Origin: a virus
Strand: one strand, 5' to 3'
IMG/VR virus record: IMGVR_UViG_3300031951_000060
Coordinates: 36,598-100,597 of that record
Length of the DNA stretch: 64,000 bases
The notes under the pieces were generated by a model. It was not told the DNA's origin. It was given only the letters and a program-made list of their open reading frames with translations, and did no database searches. This document shows positions 38,136-48,080 of the stretch, piece by piece; within the stretch, counting starts at the first letter, position 1, and every line of letters starts with the position of its first letter. The position numbers and the translations under genes were made by a program.

Positions 38136-39587
38136 ATGCGTATATTAGGTATTAATGAAACAACACATGATGCATCTATAACATTAATTGATGATGCAAA
38201 GATAATTTTTGCTGGGCATGCTGAAAGATTTAGTAAACAAAAAAATGATTGGTTTACTAATGATGAGTTAATAGATTATGCGTTGTCATTTGGAAAACCA
38301 GACACAATAGCATATTATGAAAATAGATGGTTAAAAAAGGCCAGAATCTTGACTCGTGGAGGTTTCGGTGGCAATAAGCCATACTATCTAGAACGAAAAG
38401 ATCTTAGGTGGATTCCTCGTGAATCTTTTAGCCATCATTATTCTCATGCTTCAGCAGGTTACTATACAAGTAAATTTAATGATGCAGTTATAGTAGTTCT
38501 TGATGCCATTGGAGAATATAACACTTCTACTATTTGGGTTGGCGAAGGCACAAAAATTAGACAGGTATATAAAAAGAATTATCCGTATAGTTTTGGATTA
38601 TTCTATTCTGCTTTTACGCAGTTGGTTGGACTAAAGCCAAACGAAGAAGAATACATATTCATGGGAATGGCTGCTTATGGAGACTGGACAAGATATTATT
38701 CAAAAATTAAAGAATATTTTCCACATGTAGATATTCAAAAATATAATTTTCATAAAGGAATATATGATTGGGATGAGATAATAGATGATCAAGCAAAATT
38801 TGATATTGCTGCTGCTGTACAAAAGGTATATGAAGATAGGCTTGTAAACTTTATGGCAAAAGCACAACAACTAACTGGAAAAAGGAATTTGGTTTTTATG
38901 GGCGGATGCGCCTTAAACTGTGCAGCGAACACAATGCTTTGGAGAATGTTTGATGATGTTTGGATTATGCCAAACCCAGGCGATGCAGGATCTTCTCTTG
39001 GCGCTGCAGCCGCAGCCTATGGAAAACATTTAGATTGGAATCATCCATATCTAGGATATGATTTAGGTGGAAAATATCCAGTAACAGAAATAATTACTGG
39101 CTTGGTTAGGGATAAAATTGTAGCAGTGGCAACTGGAAAAGCAGAATATGGCCCAAGAGCATTGGGAAATAGAAGTATACTAGCAGACCCCAGGGATCCA
39201 AGCATTAAGGATAAAGTAAACCTAATTAAGAAGAGAGAACTTTTTAGACCATTTGCTCCAGTAGTTATGGAGGAATATGCACACAAATGGTTTAAAATGA
39301 ATTTTACAAGCCCTTATATGCAATATGCTGTTGAGTGTTTGCAACCAGACAAGATACCTGCCGTTATACATAAAGATGGAACTTCAAGGGTACAGACAGT
39401 AAATAAAGATCAGCATCCAGGTCTGTATGAAGTTTTGTCAAATTGGTATGCTATGACTGGAGTTCCTATATTACTTAACACTAGTTTAAATATAAAGGGG
39501 CAGCCATTAATTAATGATGAACAAGATATAATTAATTGGGAAAATCAGTATAATTTTAAAATTATTGGTGGTGGTAATAATGTTTAA
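38136..39587 (+). CDS. Carbamoyltransferase (NodU/CmcH/TobZ family)
   Basis: HDAS, ERF, HHYSHA, GGCALN, GDAG, EYGPRALG.RS, RPFAP, NTSLN. Confidence 0.92.
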   Translation: MRILGINETTHDASITLIDDAKIIFAGHAERFSKQKNDWFTNDELIDYALSFGKPDTIAYYENRWLKKARILTRGGFGGNKPYYLERKDLRWIPRESFSHHYSHASAGYYTSKFNDAVIVVLDAIGEYNTSTIWVGEGTKIRQVYKKNYPYSFGLFYSAFTQLVGLKPNEEEYIFMGMAAYGDWTRYYSKIKEYFPHVDIQKYNFHKGIYDWDEIIDDQAKFDIAAAVQKVYEDRLVNFMAKAQQLTGKRNLVFMGGCALNCAANTMLWRMFDDVWIMPNPGDAGSSLGAAAAAYGKHLDWNHPYLGYDLGGKYPVTEIITGLVRDKIVAVATGKAEYGPRALGNRSILADPRDPSIKDKVNLIKKRELFRPFAPVVMEEYAHKWFKMNFTSPYMQYAVECLQPDKIPAVIHKDGTSRVQTVNKDQHPGLYEVLSNWYAMTGVPILLNTSLNIKGQPLINDEQDIINWENQYNFKIIGGGNNV

Positions 39588-39669
39588 AAAAATAAAAACA
39601 TGGATATTGAGGTATAGAGCAAAAAAGGCAATAAAAAAAATAAATAATGACAGAAATTGGATATATTGA
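39580..39669 (+). CDS. Small basic peptide (29 aa)
   Basis: MFKKIKTWILRYRAKKAIKKINNDRNWIY; overlaps both neighbours. Confidence 0.45.
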   Translation: MFKKIKTWILRYRAKKAIKKINNDRNWIY

Positions 39670-40592
39670 TGAACGATAAAGAAGAATACTTTAAAAAACA
39701 AAAAAAGTCATTATTAAAAACAAATCAGGTAAAACGATTTTGGACTATAGATGAGTATGGTCATGGATTTTTTTTACCAATGACAAGAACAAGAGACTTC
39801 GAGCCTATTTATAATGGTAAGTTAGACAGCCTAAAGCCTAACGAAACCTACACCTCTATGTGGGCAGAATTTGATACAAATCCAAATATGGTAGATGATT
39901 ATTCAATATCATATAAAATGAACAAAGATGGTTTTAGGTCTGATAACTTTATTAAAAAACATGAAGGGCTTCACATCTTGTTTGCGGGGTGCTCAGAAAC
40001 TTTTGGCTCTGCTGCAAATCTAAATGATGTTTGGGCAAAGATGTGCTATGATAAAATTAGTTCTTATAAGAGGGTTTCTGGATATTTTAATATAGGTCAT
40101 CCTGGCGCCAGTATGTTCACTATATTAAACCAAATATTAGTTTATATAGAAAATTATGGCAGTCCAGACTTGCTTTTATTAAATGTACCTAATTTTGAAA
40201 GAACATACGGATGGAGTTTTGATCATAATCAAATAATGCAAGAAACAGATCAAGGCATTCACTCTAATAAGAAAAAATATTTTGATCGAATATTTCAAAA
40301 CGCATACTTGTATTGGACGTTAGAAAGAATGTGCAAGATCATGAATATAAAACTAATCTGGTCATGTTGGCAGCAGGTAGATGCCTTTAATATTGAATTT
40401 CTTGATATTTTTAATAATTATATTTCTATTACCAATGCAGAGGACTTTGGCAAGTATCATATGGAAAATTGGGATAAATATAAAGACATACCTTATTCCT
40501 TAGTTAGAAGAGATGCCCAGCACCACGGTACATTTATTCATAGATATTGGGCAGACAAATTTATTGAAGCAGTGAACAATTATGAAATTTGA
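39669..40592 (+). CDS. SGNH/GDSL-like protein
   Basis: LFAGCSETFG, FNIGHPG, C-terminal RRDAQHHG (DxxH). Confidence 0.6.
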   Translation: MNDKEEYFKKQKKSLLKTNQVKRFWTIDEYGHGFFLPMTRTRDFEPIYNGKLDSLKPNETYTSMWAEFDTNPNMVDDYSISYKMNKDGFRSDNFIKKHEGLHILFAGCSETFGSAANLNDVWAKMCYDKISSYKRVSGYFNIGHPGASMFTILNQILVYIENYGSPDLLLLNVPNFERTYGWSFDHNQIMQETDQGIHSNKKKYFDRIFQNAYLYWTLERMCKIMNIKLIWSCWQQVDAFNIEFLDIFNNYISITNAEDFGKYHMENWDKYKDIPYSLVRRDAQHHGTFIHRYWADKFIEAVNNYEI

Positions 40593-41547
40593 TTTGTATA
40601 CAGAATACTTATCTAAACTTAAGGCTAATGATGACTTTGTTAGTATAATGGAGGCAAGGGTTGAGTCAATCCTAAAAAATTTTCAACAGTCTGCAATGAA
40701 TCACCCGTTTGCTAGTAAGGGAAAAAATTTTTTACCTATATACGATATAGATAGGATTTTGGAAAGTAATCAAAAATATTATTCACTAAATTCTGAAAGG
40801 CTGGACAGTTCTTATTTAAACAACAAAGACATTGAATACAGTTTAAACAATGAAGGATTTCGTGGAGATGATTTTAAAAGCAATCATGAAGGCTTGCATG
40901 TTTTATTTGCAGGATGTTCAGAAACTTTCGGAAACTCATCAAGAATAGAAGATAACTGGTCTCATATTGTTTATGAATATTTAAAAGAAAAAAATAAAAT
41001 GTCTGGATATTTTAATGTAGGATTTCCAGGTGGAAACATAGAGATAATAATTCATCAAATTATGAACTATATCTTGAGATATGGGGCACCCGATATTTTA
41101 TTAATTATTTTTCCCAATATAGAAAGAAAAATTTGTTGGGTAGACAATAAGTTTAAATTAAAAAATAAAAAAACTGAAATAGAATTAAATACAAATTTGT
41201 CAGACGATCAAAAACAATATTTTGAGGATTTATATAGTGCATGTTTGACCTATATGCAACTATCCTTGTTTTGTAAAATATTAAAAATTAAACTTCTATT
41301 TTCTACTTATGATAGCGTAGACTCTCTTGGAATTAAAACTTTGTTTAATTTCCCCGAATTTATCTCTATCAATAATAGTAATGATTTTATGAAATATGCA
41401 CAAACCTTAACCGAATATGAAAAAAGAGAAGATTTATTCATACGCAGAGATAATAGTCATAGAGGAGTTGCCTTTCATAAATTTTGGGCAAAAAGGTTTA
41501 TTGACAAATTAGAGGATGATGGTATAATATATAAGGAGGAGAAATAA
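40582..41547 (+). CDS. SGNH/GDSL-like protein (tandem paralog)
   Basis: LFAGCSETFG, FNVGFPG, RRDNSHRG. Confidence 0.6.
   Translation: MKFDLYTEYLSKLKANDDFVSIMEARVESILKNFQQSAMNHPFASKGKNFLPIYDIDRILESNQKYYSLNSERLDSSYLNNKDIEYSLNNEGFRGDDFKSNHEGLHVLFAGCSETFGNSSRIEDNWSHIVYEYLKEKNKMSGYFNVGFPGGNIEIIIHQIMNYILRYGAPDILLIIFPNIERKICWVDNKFKLKNKKTEIELNTNLSDDQKQYFEDLYSACLTYMQLSLFCKILKIKLLFSTYDSVDSLGIKTLFNFPEFISINNSNDFMKYAQTLTEYEKREDLFIRRDNSHRGVAFHKFWAKRFIDKLEDDGIIYKEEK
41501..41528 (+). promoter_or_regulatory. Sigma70-type promoter
   Basis: TTGACA-16-TATAAT with TGn. Confidence 0.65.
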
Positions 41548-42434
41548 TGGAACTTATTGGACACCCGCTTTTAAGAAACTACCCTGGAAATATTGACACA
41601 GATATTGAGTGGCACTATATATCTAAAGAAGATTATATGGAGATGGAGTCAATACTTACTGAAGGTGTTACCTTTTTTGATCCATTTATTATTGATAATT
41701 TTTATCCTCAAGACATGTTTGATGAATTAGTGTCAATTTGTAATTCTTTTGATCTTTCCAAAATAGATTATTCTAATCAAATGAATAAATGGGAACAGGT
41801 TGTTAATATACCTCAAAAATTTATCGATTATGCAGTAAATAAAATAAGAGATGCTTTAGGCACATCAGATATTCACTATGCCTATCATATGTATGCACAT
41901 CATCAAATAACTTCAGAGGGCAGAGTTCCAAAACTTCCATTACATATAGACTGGGCACCAGGCGCATATATGGTAGATCTTCATATTGGAGGCAATCGTG
42001 ATTGGGGCTTTGTTGCAAGATATGAAAACTTTATCACTAAGCCAAATCAGGCTGTCATTTGTCAACCACAGTTTGACTTTCACTATAGACCCAAGTGGAA
42101 CTCTCAAGATACAAATGAATATTATCAGGCACTATTTTTTCATCTTGTTAATAGAAATAACTGGTCTATTCCAAATGAGTCTATTAAGCAGAACAGATCA
42201 GACTATCTAAATTCTAAATATAATTTTGGAATAGACTTTAGAGAAACTGAAATTTTTAAAAATTTTCAAGAGCAAAGAAATTTAATTTTTAACAGATTGT
42301 ATACAAGATCTATGATGGCAAAAGGATTGCCCCTGCCTCCGTGGGACGAAATTCCTTCTGAGCAAGACACCAATATACATCAAAGAAAGGGAGTAATCCC
42401 TGCAAACAATATAAATCAGAATGAGGAGAAGTGA
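41547..42434 (+). CDS. 2OG-Fe(II) oxygenase-like protein
   Basis: LPLHID (HxD) ... FHYR ... ALFFH. Confidence 0.6.
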   Translation: MELIGHPLLRNYPGNIDTDIEWHYISKEDYMEMESILTEGVTFFDPFIIDNFYPQDMFDELVSICNSFDLSKIDYSNQMNKWEQVVNIPQKFIDYAVNKIRDALGTSDIHYAYHMYAHHQITSEGRVPKLPLHIDWAPGAYMVDLHIGGNRDWGFVARYENFITKPNQAVICQPQFDFHYRPKWNSQDTNEYYQALFFHLVNRNNWSIPNESIKQNRSDYLNSKYNFGIDFRETEIFKNFQEQRNLIFNRLYTRSMMAKGLPLPPWDEIPSEQDTNIHQRKGVIPANNINQNEEK

Positions 42435-42437
42435 TTG

Positions 42438-42638
42438 ATGGAATCAAGTAAAAAAAGTTTAATAAAAACTATAAGTTGGGAATCTTTCCATTTAATAGGA
42501 GTTGCTGGAGTAATTTATTTATTTACAGGTGAATGGGAATATGCAAGCCTAGGAGCACTAATATATATAGGATGGGAAGCAATTGGTTACTATATTCATG
42601 AAAGAGTATGGGCAAAGTTTGGGAATAGGGTAAAATAA
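42438..42638 (+). CDS. DUF2061 membrane protein
   Basis: KSLIKTISW...YYIHERVW. Confidence 0.75.
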   Translation: MESSKKSLIKTISWESFHLIGVAGVIYLFTGEWEYASLGALIYIGWEAIGYYIHERVWAKFGNRVK

Positions 42639-42748
42639 TGAGAATTAAAATTATTAAATTTGTTGTAAAACTATTGGGATACGAATGGTCTGGTGATAAT
42701 CTTAATTTGCCAGTTTGGCAGGTAAAGGCTAAGAAGAAGGGCAAGTAA
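42638..42748 (+). CDS. Small hypothetical protein (36 aa)
   Basis: TAATG-coupled on both sides. Confidence 0.55.
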   Translation: MRIKIIKFVVKLLGYEWSGDNLNLPVWQVKAKKKGK

Positions 42749-43053
42749 TGCCCTACGTTATTTCTAGCGCATGCATAGATATAAAGGATAAGTCCTGTAT
42801 CGAAGAGTGTCCTGTTGATTGCATTTATGAGGGTAACAGGATGATGTATATAAATCAGGATGAGTGTATTGATTGTGGGGCATGTATGCCAGTGTGCCCA
42901 ACAGAAGCAATATATTGGGAAGACGACCTTCCTGAATCTGAAAAAAAATTCAAACGAATTAATACTGAATTTTTTATACCAATAGGAAATTTGCAGGGAG
43001 CAAGAAATCAAATTGACAAAGATATGGATCATCCAGAAGTAAAGGATACATAA
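42748..43053 (+). CDS. fdxA: Ferredoxin, actinobacterial FdxA-like
   Basis: CID.KDKSCIEECPVDCIYEG...CIDCGAC.PVCP.EAI. Confidence 0.88.
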   Translation: MPYVISSACIDIKDKSCIEECPVDCIYEGNRMMYINQDECIDCGACMPVCPTEAIYWEDDLPESEKKFKRINTEFFIPIGNLQGARNQIDKDMDHPEVKDT

Positions 43054-43054
43054 A

Positions 43055-43237
43055 GTGCCGAAGTATGAGTATTGCTGTAATAGATGTGAAAAATTTTATA
43101 TCATAGAACGATCAATCAATGAAGACGACCCTGGATATAAGTGTACACTGTGTCAAGAAAATTTAATAAGGGTTTATAGTTCTGTGGGGGTGATTTTTAA
43201 TGGTTCTGGATTTTACAAAACAGATAACAAAAAATAA
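43055..43237 (+). CDS. FmdB-family zinc ribbon protein
   Basis: MPKYEY.C..C...C..C...FNGSGFYKTD. Confidence 0.85.
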   Translation: MPKYEYCCNRCEKFYIIERSINEDDPGYKCTLCQENLIRVYSSVGVIFNGSGFYKTDNKK

Positions 43238-44264
43238 AGAAAAAAGAATATACGTTATGATTCCAACACTTTTTGATGACTCTATTTATGGAACTGTGCT
43301 TGACGCAATAGACAAGGCTACTTATCCAGAAAGATTGACTTTTGGCCTATCTATTCAAGGGGTAAGCAATATAGATTTTTCAACTATAAAAAATGAAAAA
43401 CGTATTCTATTTCTTGATAAAAATATTGCCTATGGAGTTGGAAAAACAAGATATCATTTGCAGCAACTACATAATGATGAGGACTATATTCTAAGTATTG
43501 ACTGCCATACAGGATTTCAGGATGGATGGGACGTTTCTTTAATAGAAGAGCATTCTAAGTTGGGCAGCGACAAGGCAGTAATAACACAATTTTTGTATGA
43601 TACCTTTGCAGATAAAAAATATGCAAAATCTAAATATGTATACTCTGAAACAGATAATTGGTGTGTTATGTATTTGCCACATGCTGATCTTAAAAATGTT
43701 TCTTTTGTTACTGGAAGTAATAAAACACAACGGGCAGCGCCACACTTTTTATTTGCCACAAAAGAATTCGCAAAAATACCATATCCATATATGTATTTTT
43801 GGGGGGACGAAGACTCTATGCTTTCTATAAAATTATATTGCAATGGTTTTGATATGTATGAATTAGAAAGCACTTTTTTAACTACAGTTTCTAAGGATAA
43901 GTGGTCTTGCATTAGAAGAACTCAGTGGTTTTGGACTGCAGCCTCAAAATATACAACACAATATAATATTAAAAATTTACCAAATCATATACATGATGAA
44001 GCATTAGGGGAAAAGGCGCTATTTGAATATGATTATCATGACTTAGAGTATTCCTATCATTTACTAAATTCTGAAAAAAATGATGGGGTAAACCTTTCAT
44101 TTGAATTTGCTAATTTGCTTGAAAACGGCTATAATGATATACTAAAGGAAGACTGGAGGGGTCCAGTCCGTTCCCTGTGGGACTATTTAAAATTTCATAA
44201 CATAACAACAGAACAATTAAATAATACAATTAGTCTATTGAGAAAAAGGTCGGGTAAAATATGA
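43200..44264 (+). CDS. GT-A glycosyltransferase, GlcNAc-transferase (Gnt1-like)
   Basis: PERLTFG, G.G..R, LSIDCH, WD, F.GDED.LSIKL..G. Confidence 0.7.
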   Translation: MVLDFTKQITKNKEKRIYVMIPTLFDDSIYGTVLDAIDKATYPERLTFGLSIQGVSNIDFSTIKNEKRILFLDKNIAYGVGKTRYHLQQLHNDEDYILSIDCHTGFQDGWDVSLIEEHSKLGSDKAVITQFLYDTFADKKYAKSKYVYSETDNWCVMYLPHADLKNVSFVTGSNKTQRAAPHFLFATKEFAKIPYPYMYFWGDEDSMLSIKLYCNGFDMYELESTFLTTVSKDKWSCIRRTQWFWTAASKYTTQYNIKNLPNHIHDEALGEKALFEYDYHDLEYSYHLLNSEKNDGVNLSFEFANLLENGYNDILKEDWRGPVRSLWDYLKFHNITTEQLNNTISLLRKRSGKI

Positions 44265-44515
44265 TAAGAATGAAGACAAAAGAGCAAGAGCCACAGTGGA
44301 TTCTACAGGTGGCGGACAGATGCGATAGTTGTGGGGCACAGGCTTTGGTGAAAGTTACTGGCGTAACTGGAGAATTATATTTTTGTGGTCATCATTATAA
44401 TAAAATTATGGATAATGCCGTTGGGTATGACAAGATGATGAAGTTTGCCTATGAGATTGTAGATGAAAGACACAAACTTGACGAGAATAGACAACAAGGA
44501 GAGTCTTATTCGTGA
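44261..44515 (+). CDS. Small Zn-binding protein of a family common in Actinobacteria
   Basis: DRCDSCGAQA...LYFCGHH. Confidence 0.65.
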   Translation: MIRMKTKEQEPQWILQVADRCDSCGAQALVKVTGVTGELYFCGHHYNKIMDNAVGYDKMMKFAYEIVDERHKLDENRQQGESYS

Positions 44516-45081
44516 GCAAAGACTCTGAAAACTTTAAGTTTATATTTCATGGGAATTATGACGTATTGCCGATAAAAAAATATTTAGACAAGTATCACTC
44601 TGAATGGCTTACGGACACAAGTAGACAAGATACATATTCGGCACATAGACATACTAACTCTATCTTTATCTATGATATAGACGCTTCTTGGAATCCAGGG
44701 GATATGTATAAGATAGAGACTAAGACCAATGATCAAGATTTAATAGAATTATCATTGCCAATAATTAATAACTTAGAGAAAATTCATAAAGGAAAAGTCG
44801 GAAAGGCTGTATTTATTAAATTACCCCCATTTAAAAATGTAGACAAGCACAAAGATGTTGGTGGATACTTGGAGTCAGTTAGAAGGCATCACATTCCAAT
44901 AATTACCAATGAGAATGTATCGTTTGTTATAGATGGTGAAAAAAAATTTATGGATGTTGGTGAAATTTGGGAAGTAAACAACAACAAAATGCATCAGGTA
45001 TGGAACGAAGGAGATACGGATAGGATTCACCTTTTAATAGACATAATACCTAATGATATAATAGGAGATCATCATGTATGA
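44512..45081 (+). CDS. Aspartyl/asparaginyl beta-hydroxylase family 2OG oxygenase
   Basis: HKD, RHHIPIITN, GEIWEVNN..HQVWN..RIHLLID. Confidence 0.85.
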   Translation: MSKDSENFKFIFHGNYDVLPIKKYLDKYHSEWLTDTSRQDTYSAHRHTNSIFIYDIDASWNPGDMYKIETKTNDQDLIELSLPIINNLEKIHKGKVGKAVFIKLPPFKNVDKHKDVGGYLESVRRHHIPIITNENVSFVIDGEKKFMDVGEIWEVNNNKMHQVWNEGDTDRIHLLIDIIPNDIIGDHHV

Positions 45082-45487
45082 ATATAGAGTAAAAAAAATA
45101 ACGGGAGTTGTGGATGGAGACACTGTTGATGTTGACATTGACCTTGGCTTCAATGTGTCCTACTCCCAGCGAGTACGCCTTGCTGGTATTGACACTCCAG
45201 AATCACGGACCAAAGACAAGTTTGAAAAAACTCTCGGACTTGAGGCAAAAGAGTATTTGAAATCTAAACTGAAAGATGCTACACTTATAGTTATTAAGAC
45301 AGAAAAGCCAGACTCGTCTGAGAAGTATGGACGTATTCTGGGATGGCTTTATGTTGATGGTGATACCGTCTCAATCAATGATCATATGATTGAGGACGGC
45401 TATGCCTGGGGCTACCTTGGAGATACCAAGGTTAAAGATTTTAGCGCTTTGGCAAAGCAGCGAGAGAAAGCAAAAAATGCAAAATAA
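45074..45487 (+). CDS. Thermonuclease (SNase-like)
   Basis: VVDGDT, RVRLAGIDTPE, KYGRIL. Confidence 0.9.
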   Translation: MYEYRVKKITGVVDGDTVDVDIDLGFNVSYSQRVRLAGIDTPESRTKDKFEKTLGLEAKEYLKSKLKDATLIVIKTEKPDSSEKYGRILGWLYVDGDTVSINDHMIEDGYAWGYLGDTKVKDFSALAKQREKAKNAK

Positions 45488-45800
45488 TATTGATATCGAC
45501 CATCTAATTTTAAATGGTGTGCTCGAACCAGTGGGGCTAGATCAGGAAACTGGTGAAATGTTGTATAACTTTACTAGTAAACTAGAAAAGATTTATCCAG
45601 AGTTGCATAGAGAAGCAATGAATATGGTAAATCAAAAAGTAATGCGACTTTGGGAGCAAGGTTTTGTAGAAATAGACCTTACTTCAGAAAATCCACTTGT
45701 TAAATTAACATTAAAATCTTTTGATGATGCTGAAGTAAGTCGCTTAGATAGCGACGATCAATATAGTCTAAAAGAGATAAAAAGAATATGCTCTAATTAG
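45477..45800 (+). CDS. Hypothetical protein (paralog of 28218..28460)
   Basis: IDHLIL...TGEMLY. Confidence 0.55.
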   Translation: MQNNIDIDHLILNGVLEPVGLDQETGEMLYNFTSKLEKIYPELHREAMNMVNQKVMRLWEQGFVEIDLTSENPLVKLTLKSFDDAEVSRLDSDDQYSLKEIKRICSN

Positions 45801-45818
45801 TAGTATAATGGTTGCATT

Positions 45819-46259
45819 ATGGAGTATCTCGTAGGCTTCTTTAGTTCTTTTATTTTAATATATTTTGTTGCTAAAGTAAGCAAAATAATGGGGCATCTAA
45901 ATAATCAGCCAATAAGAACTATTAAAAAACGTCAAAGTGATATTCATGCAATTGTATACCCTTTACTTCAGGTATATCATGCCTCTGTGGGTAGTAATAG
46001 GCCAAGAAAAAAAACACAATCTATGGTTCATGAAGAAAAAAATAGCATTAAGGTAATAATAATGGACAACAATGCCTATTGGATCAAGGATAATGTTTTT
46101 TATACAGCAGAAATATCAATTGATGGAAATGTTAATAAAGATACGACCAGGGTGGTTGACATCATGACCATGAATAGGGTACAATTGGATAAGATGCTGT
46201 TTATTGTAGATAAATTACGAGAAGGGATTGCAAATGATAGTGGGGGTAAAGGGAACTAG
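45819..46259 (+). CDS. Membrane-anchored hypothetical protein
   Basis: N-terminal TM; AYWIKDNVFY. Confidence 0.55.
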   Translation: MEYLVGFFSSFILIYFVAKVSKIMGHLNNQPIRTIKKRQSDIHAIVYPLLQVYHASVGSNRPRKKTQSMVHEEKNSIKVIIMDNNAYWIKDNVFYTAEISIDGNVNKDTTRVVDIMTMNRVQLDKMLFIVDKLREGIANDSGGKGN

Positions 46260-46584
46260 TAGTTTTGACGACTACCACGTTTTCCTTCGTGCTATTGGGG
46301 TTGCGCTTTCTAGTTTACCAGAAAACGATTCGCACTTTTATATTTATTCTGCTGGCCCAGCGCCAGTAAATAAAATGGTTATGGAATTTGTAAATATATC
46401 AGAACGTGGGATGAAGTCTAGAAATAAAAAAATAAAGATGTACAAGGTCGCTCCATCTTGGATAGAAGAAAATATGAAAGACGTGGATTATTTTATATTT
46501 TTATCCAAAGAAAACGAGCCAGTGTCACGCCTTGTTCGTGAAGCAGAACTTAATAATGTCGAAGTAGGAGTATTTAGATACTAA
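46234..46584 (+). CDS. SLOG/YspA-like protein
   Basis: VGVKGTSSFDDY start and overall Rossmann-like pattern. Confidence 0.45.
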   Translation: MIVGVKGTSSFDDYHVFLRAIGVALSSLPENDSHFYIYSAGPAPVNKMVMEFVNISERGMKSRNKKIKMYKVAPSWIEENMKDVDYFIFLSKENEPVSRLVREAELNNVEVGVFRY

Positions 46585-46592
46585 GGGAATAT

Positions 46593-46811
46593 ATGAATAT
46601 ACAATCATTAGAACAAATGGAACAAATTGTAAAAAATAGCAAATCACTTTCATGGGATGGGTGGGATGTTATAAATAGATATAAGTCTGAAAAGGCCAGG
46701 ACGTCGAAGTATGGACAATATATTAATGGTAGATGGTATATGGTAAAAAGATTTAAGCCTACACGTAATGGCTGGGATATACCAGAAAGTTTAATAAATG
46801 CACAAACTTAA
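46593..46811 (+). CDS. Hypothetical protein
   Basis: LSWDGWDV motif, RBS. Confidence 0.55.
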   Translation: MNIQSLEQMEQIVKNSKSLSWDGWDVINRYKSEKARTSKYGQYINGRWYMVKRFKPTRNGWDIPESLINAQT

Positions 46812-47088
46812 ATGGAAAGATAGTGCAGCCTGCATAGATTATGACACTAACATATTTTTTGATAAATATGAAGAAGAAGAGCCACTGAGATTAGCGGTTG
46901 ATAAGTTATGCATGAAATGTCCTGTTGTAAAAACTTGTTTTGCTGTTGGTGTTTCCACAAAAGAGTGGGGAGTTTGGGGCGGGATTTATTTAGAAAGTGG
47001 AACAATATCTAAAGAGTTTAATAATCATAAAACCGCACAAGATTGGGCAGATATATGGCAAAACCTAACAATGGGAAAAGATGAATAA
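46798..47088 (+). CDS. whiB: WhiB-family Fe-S transcription factor
   Basis: W...AAC, CMKCPVVKTC, GVWGG. Confidence 0.9.
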   Translation: MHKLKWKDSAACIDYDTNIFFDKYEEEEPLRLAVDKLCMKCPVVKTCFAVGVSTKEWGVWGGIYLESGTISKEFNNHKTAQDWADIWQNLTMGKDE

Positions 47089-47257
47089 TAAAGAGTATTT
47101 AGAATTTTTAAGAAAAAAAAATAAAGATATTTTATCAAAATGCTATTACTGCGATGGTTTTGCATTAACAATAATTGCTGATGGATATGCAATAAAACCA
47201 GTATGCAAAGATCATGATATTAGATCGCTTGAAGAAATTGAGGAGGAAATAGAATGA
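47081..47257 (+). CDS. Small Zn-binding hypothetical protein (58 aa)
   Basis: CYYC...VCKDH; overlaps both neighbours. Confidence 0.5.
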   Translation: MNNKEYLEFLRKKNKDILSKCYYCDGFALTIIADGYAIKPVCKDHDIRSLEEIEEEIE

Positions 47258-48012
47258 TAATTCAGATAATCGGTTTACCTGGATCTGGTAAGACTGCATT
47301 AGCGGTAGCACTTAGGGAAAGAATAAATGCAATTCACCTTAATGCCGATGAGGTGAGGTCTACAGTTAATTCTGATCTTGGGTTTACCTCAGAAGATAGG
47401 GTTGAGCAGGCTCGGCGCATGGGAGAGATGGCGAGACTAATTGGAAGCCAGGGCGTTGCTCCTGTCATTGTTGATTTTGTTTGTCCTACCACAGAAACAA
47501 GAGAAGCCTTTGGCCCAGCAGATGTTGTTATTTGGGTAGACAGGATTAAGCAAGGCAGATTCGAAGATACAAACAAAATGTGGCAAGATCCAGAAAGATT
47601 TGATATTAGAATTTTGGATGGATACACCCTAGAAGAAGAGGTAAACACAGTCATACAGGTAGGTGGATTGTTTGATTGGTCTGCCCCAACCACTTTACAG
47701 TTAGGTAGATACCAGCCTTGGCATGAGGGTCATCAGGCTCTTAAAAAAGAGGCTCACAAAAGAACTAAGCAGGTATTGGTTGGTGTTCGCAACACATACA
47801 AGACATCAGAGAAAGATCCACTAAAGTATAATGAAGTCGCAACATATATCAAACAAGATAATCCATTTAAAGATACATTAGTCTTACGACTACCAAACAT
47901 TACTAATATTGTTTATGGTCGTGATGTTGGTTATAAGATTGAACAAGTAGATTTGGGGGCAGATATTCATGCTATTAGCGCTACTGAAAAGCGTAAGCAA
48001 ATGGGCATTTAG
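47254..48012 (+). CDS. Adenylyl-sulfate kinase-like + HxGH nucleotidyltransferase fusion
   Basis: GLPGSGKT, ADEVR, DLGF..EDR; then GRYQPWHEGH, YGRDVGY, ISAT. Confidence 0.8.
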   Translation: MIIQIIGLPGSGKTALAVALRERINAIHLNADEVRSTVNSDLGFTSEDRVEQARRMGEMARLIGSQGVAPVIVDFVCPTTETREAFGPADVVIWVDRIKQGRFEDTNKMWQDPERFDIRILDGYTLEEEVNTVIQVGGLFDWSAPTTLQLGRYQPWHEGHQALKKEAHKRTKQVLVGVRNTYKTSEKDPLKYNEVATYIKQDNPFKDTLVLRLPNITNIVYGRDVGYKIEQVDLGADIHAISATEKRKQMGI

Positions 48013-48080
48013 TATTATAGAAAATGCTGGTAAAGCAATAAATGATGCAGACGAAAGAATATACTTTGGGGAAAAGATAG

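Noticed and set aside
37909-38148. 79-aa ORF in the track
   Set aside because: Overlies three well-formed tRNA genes
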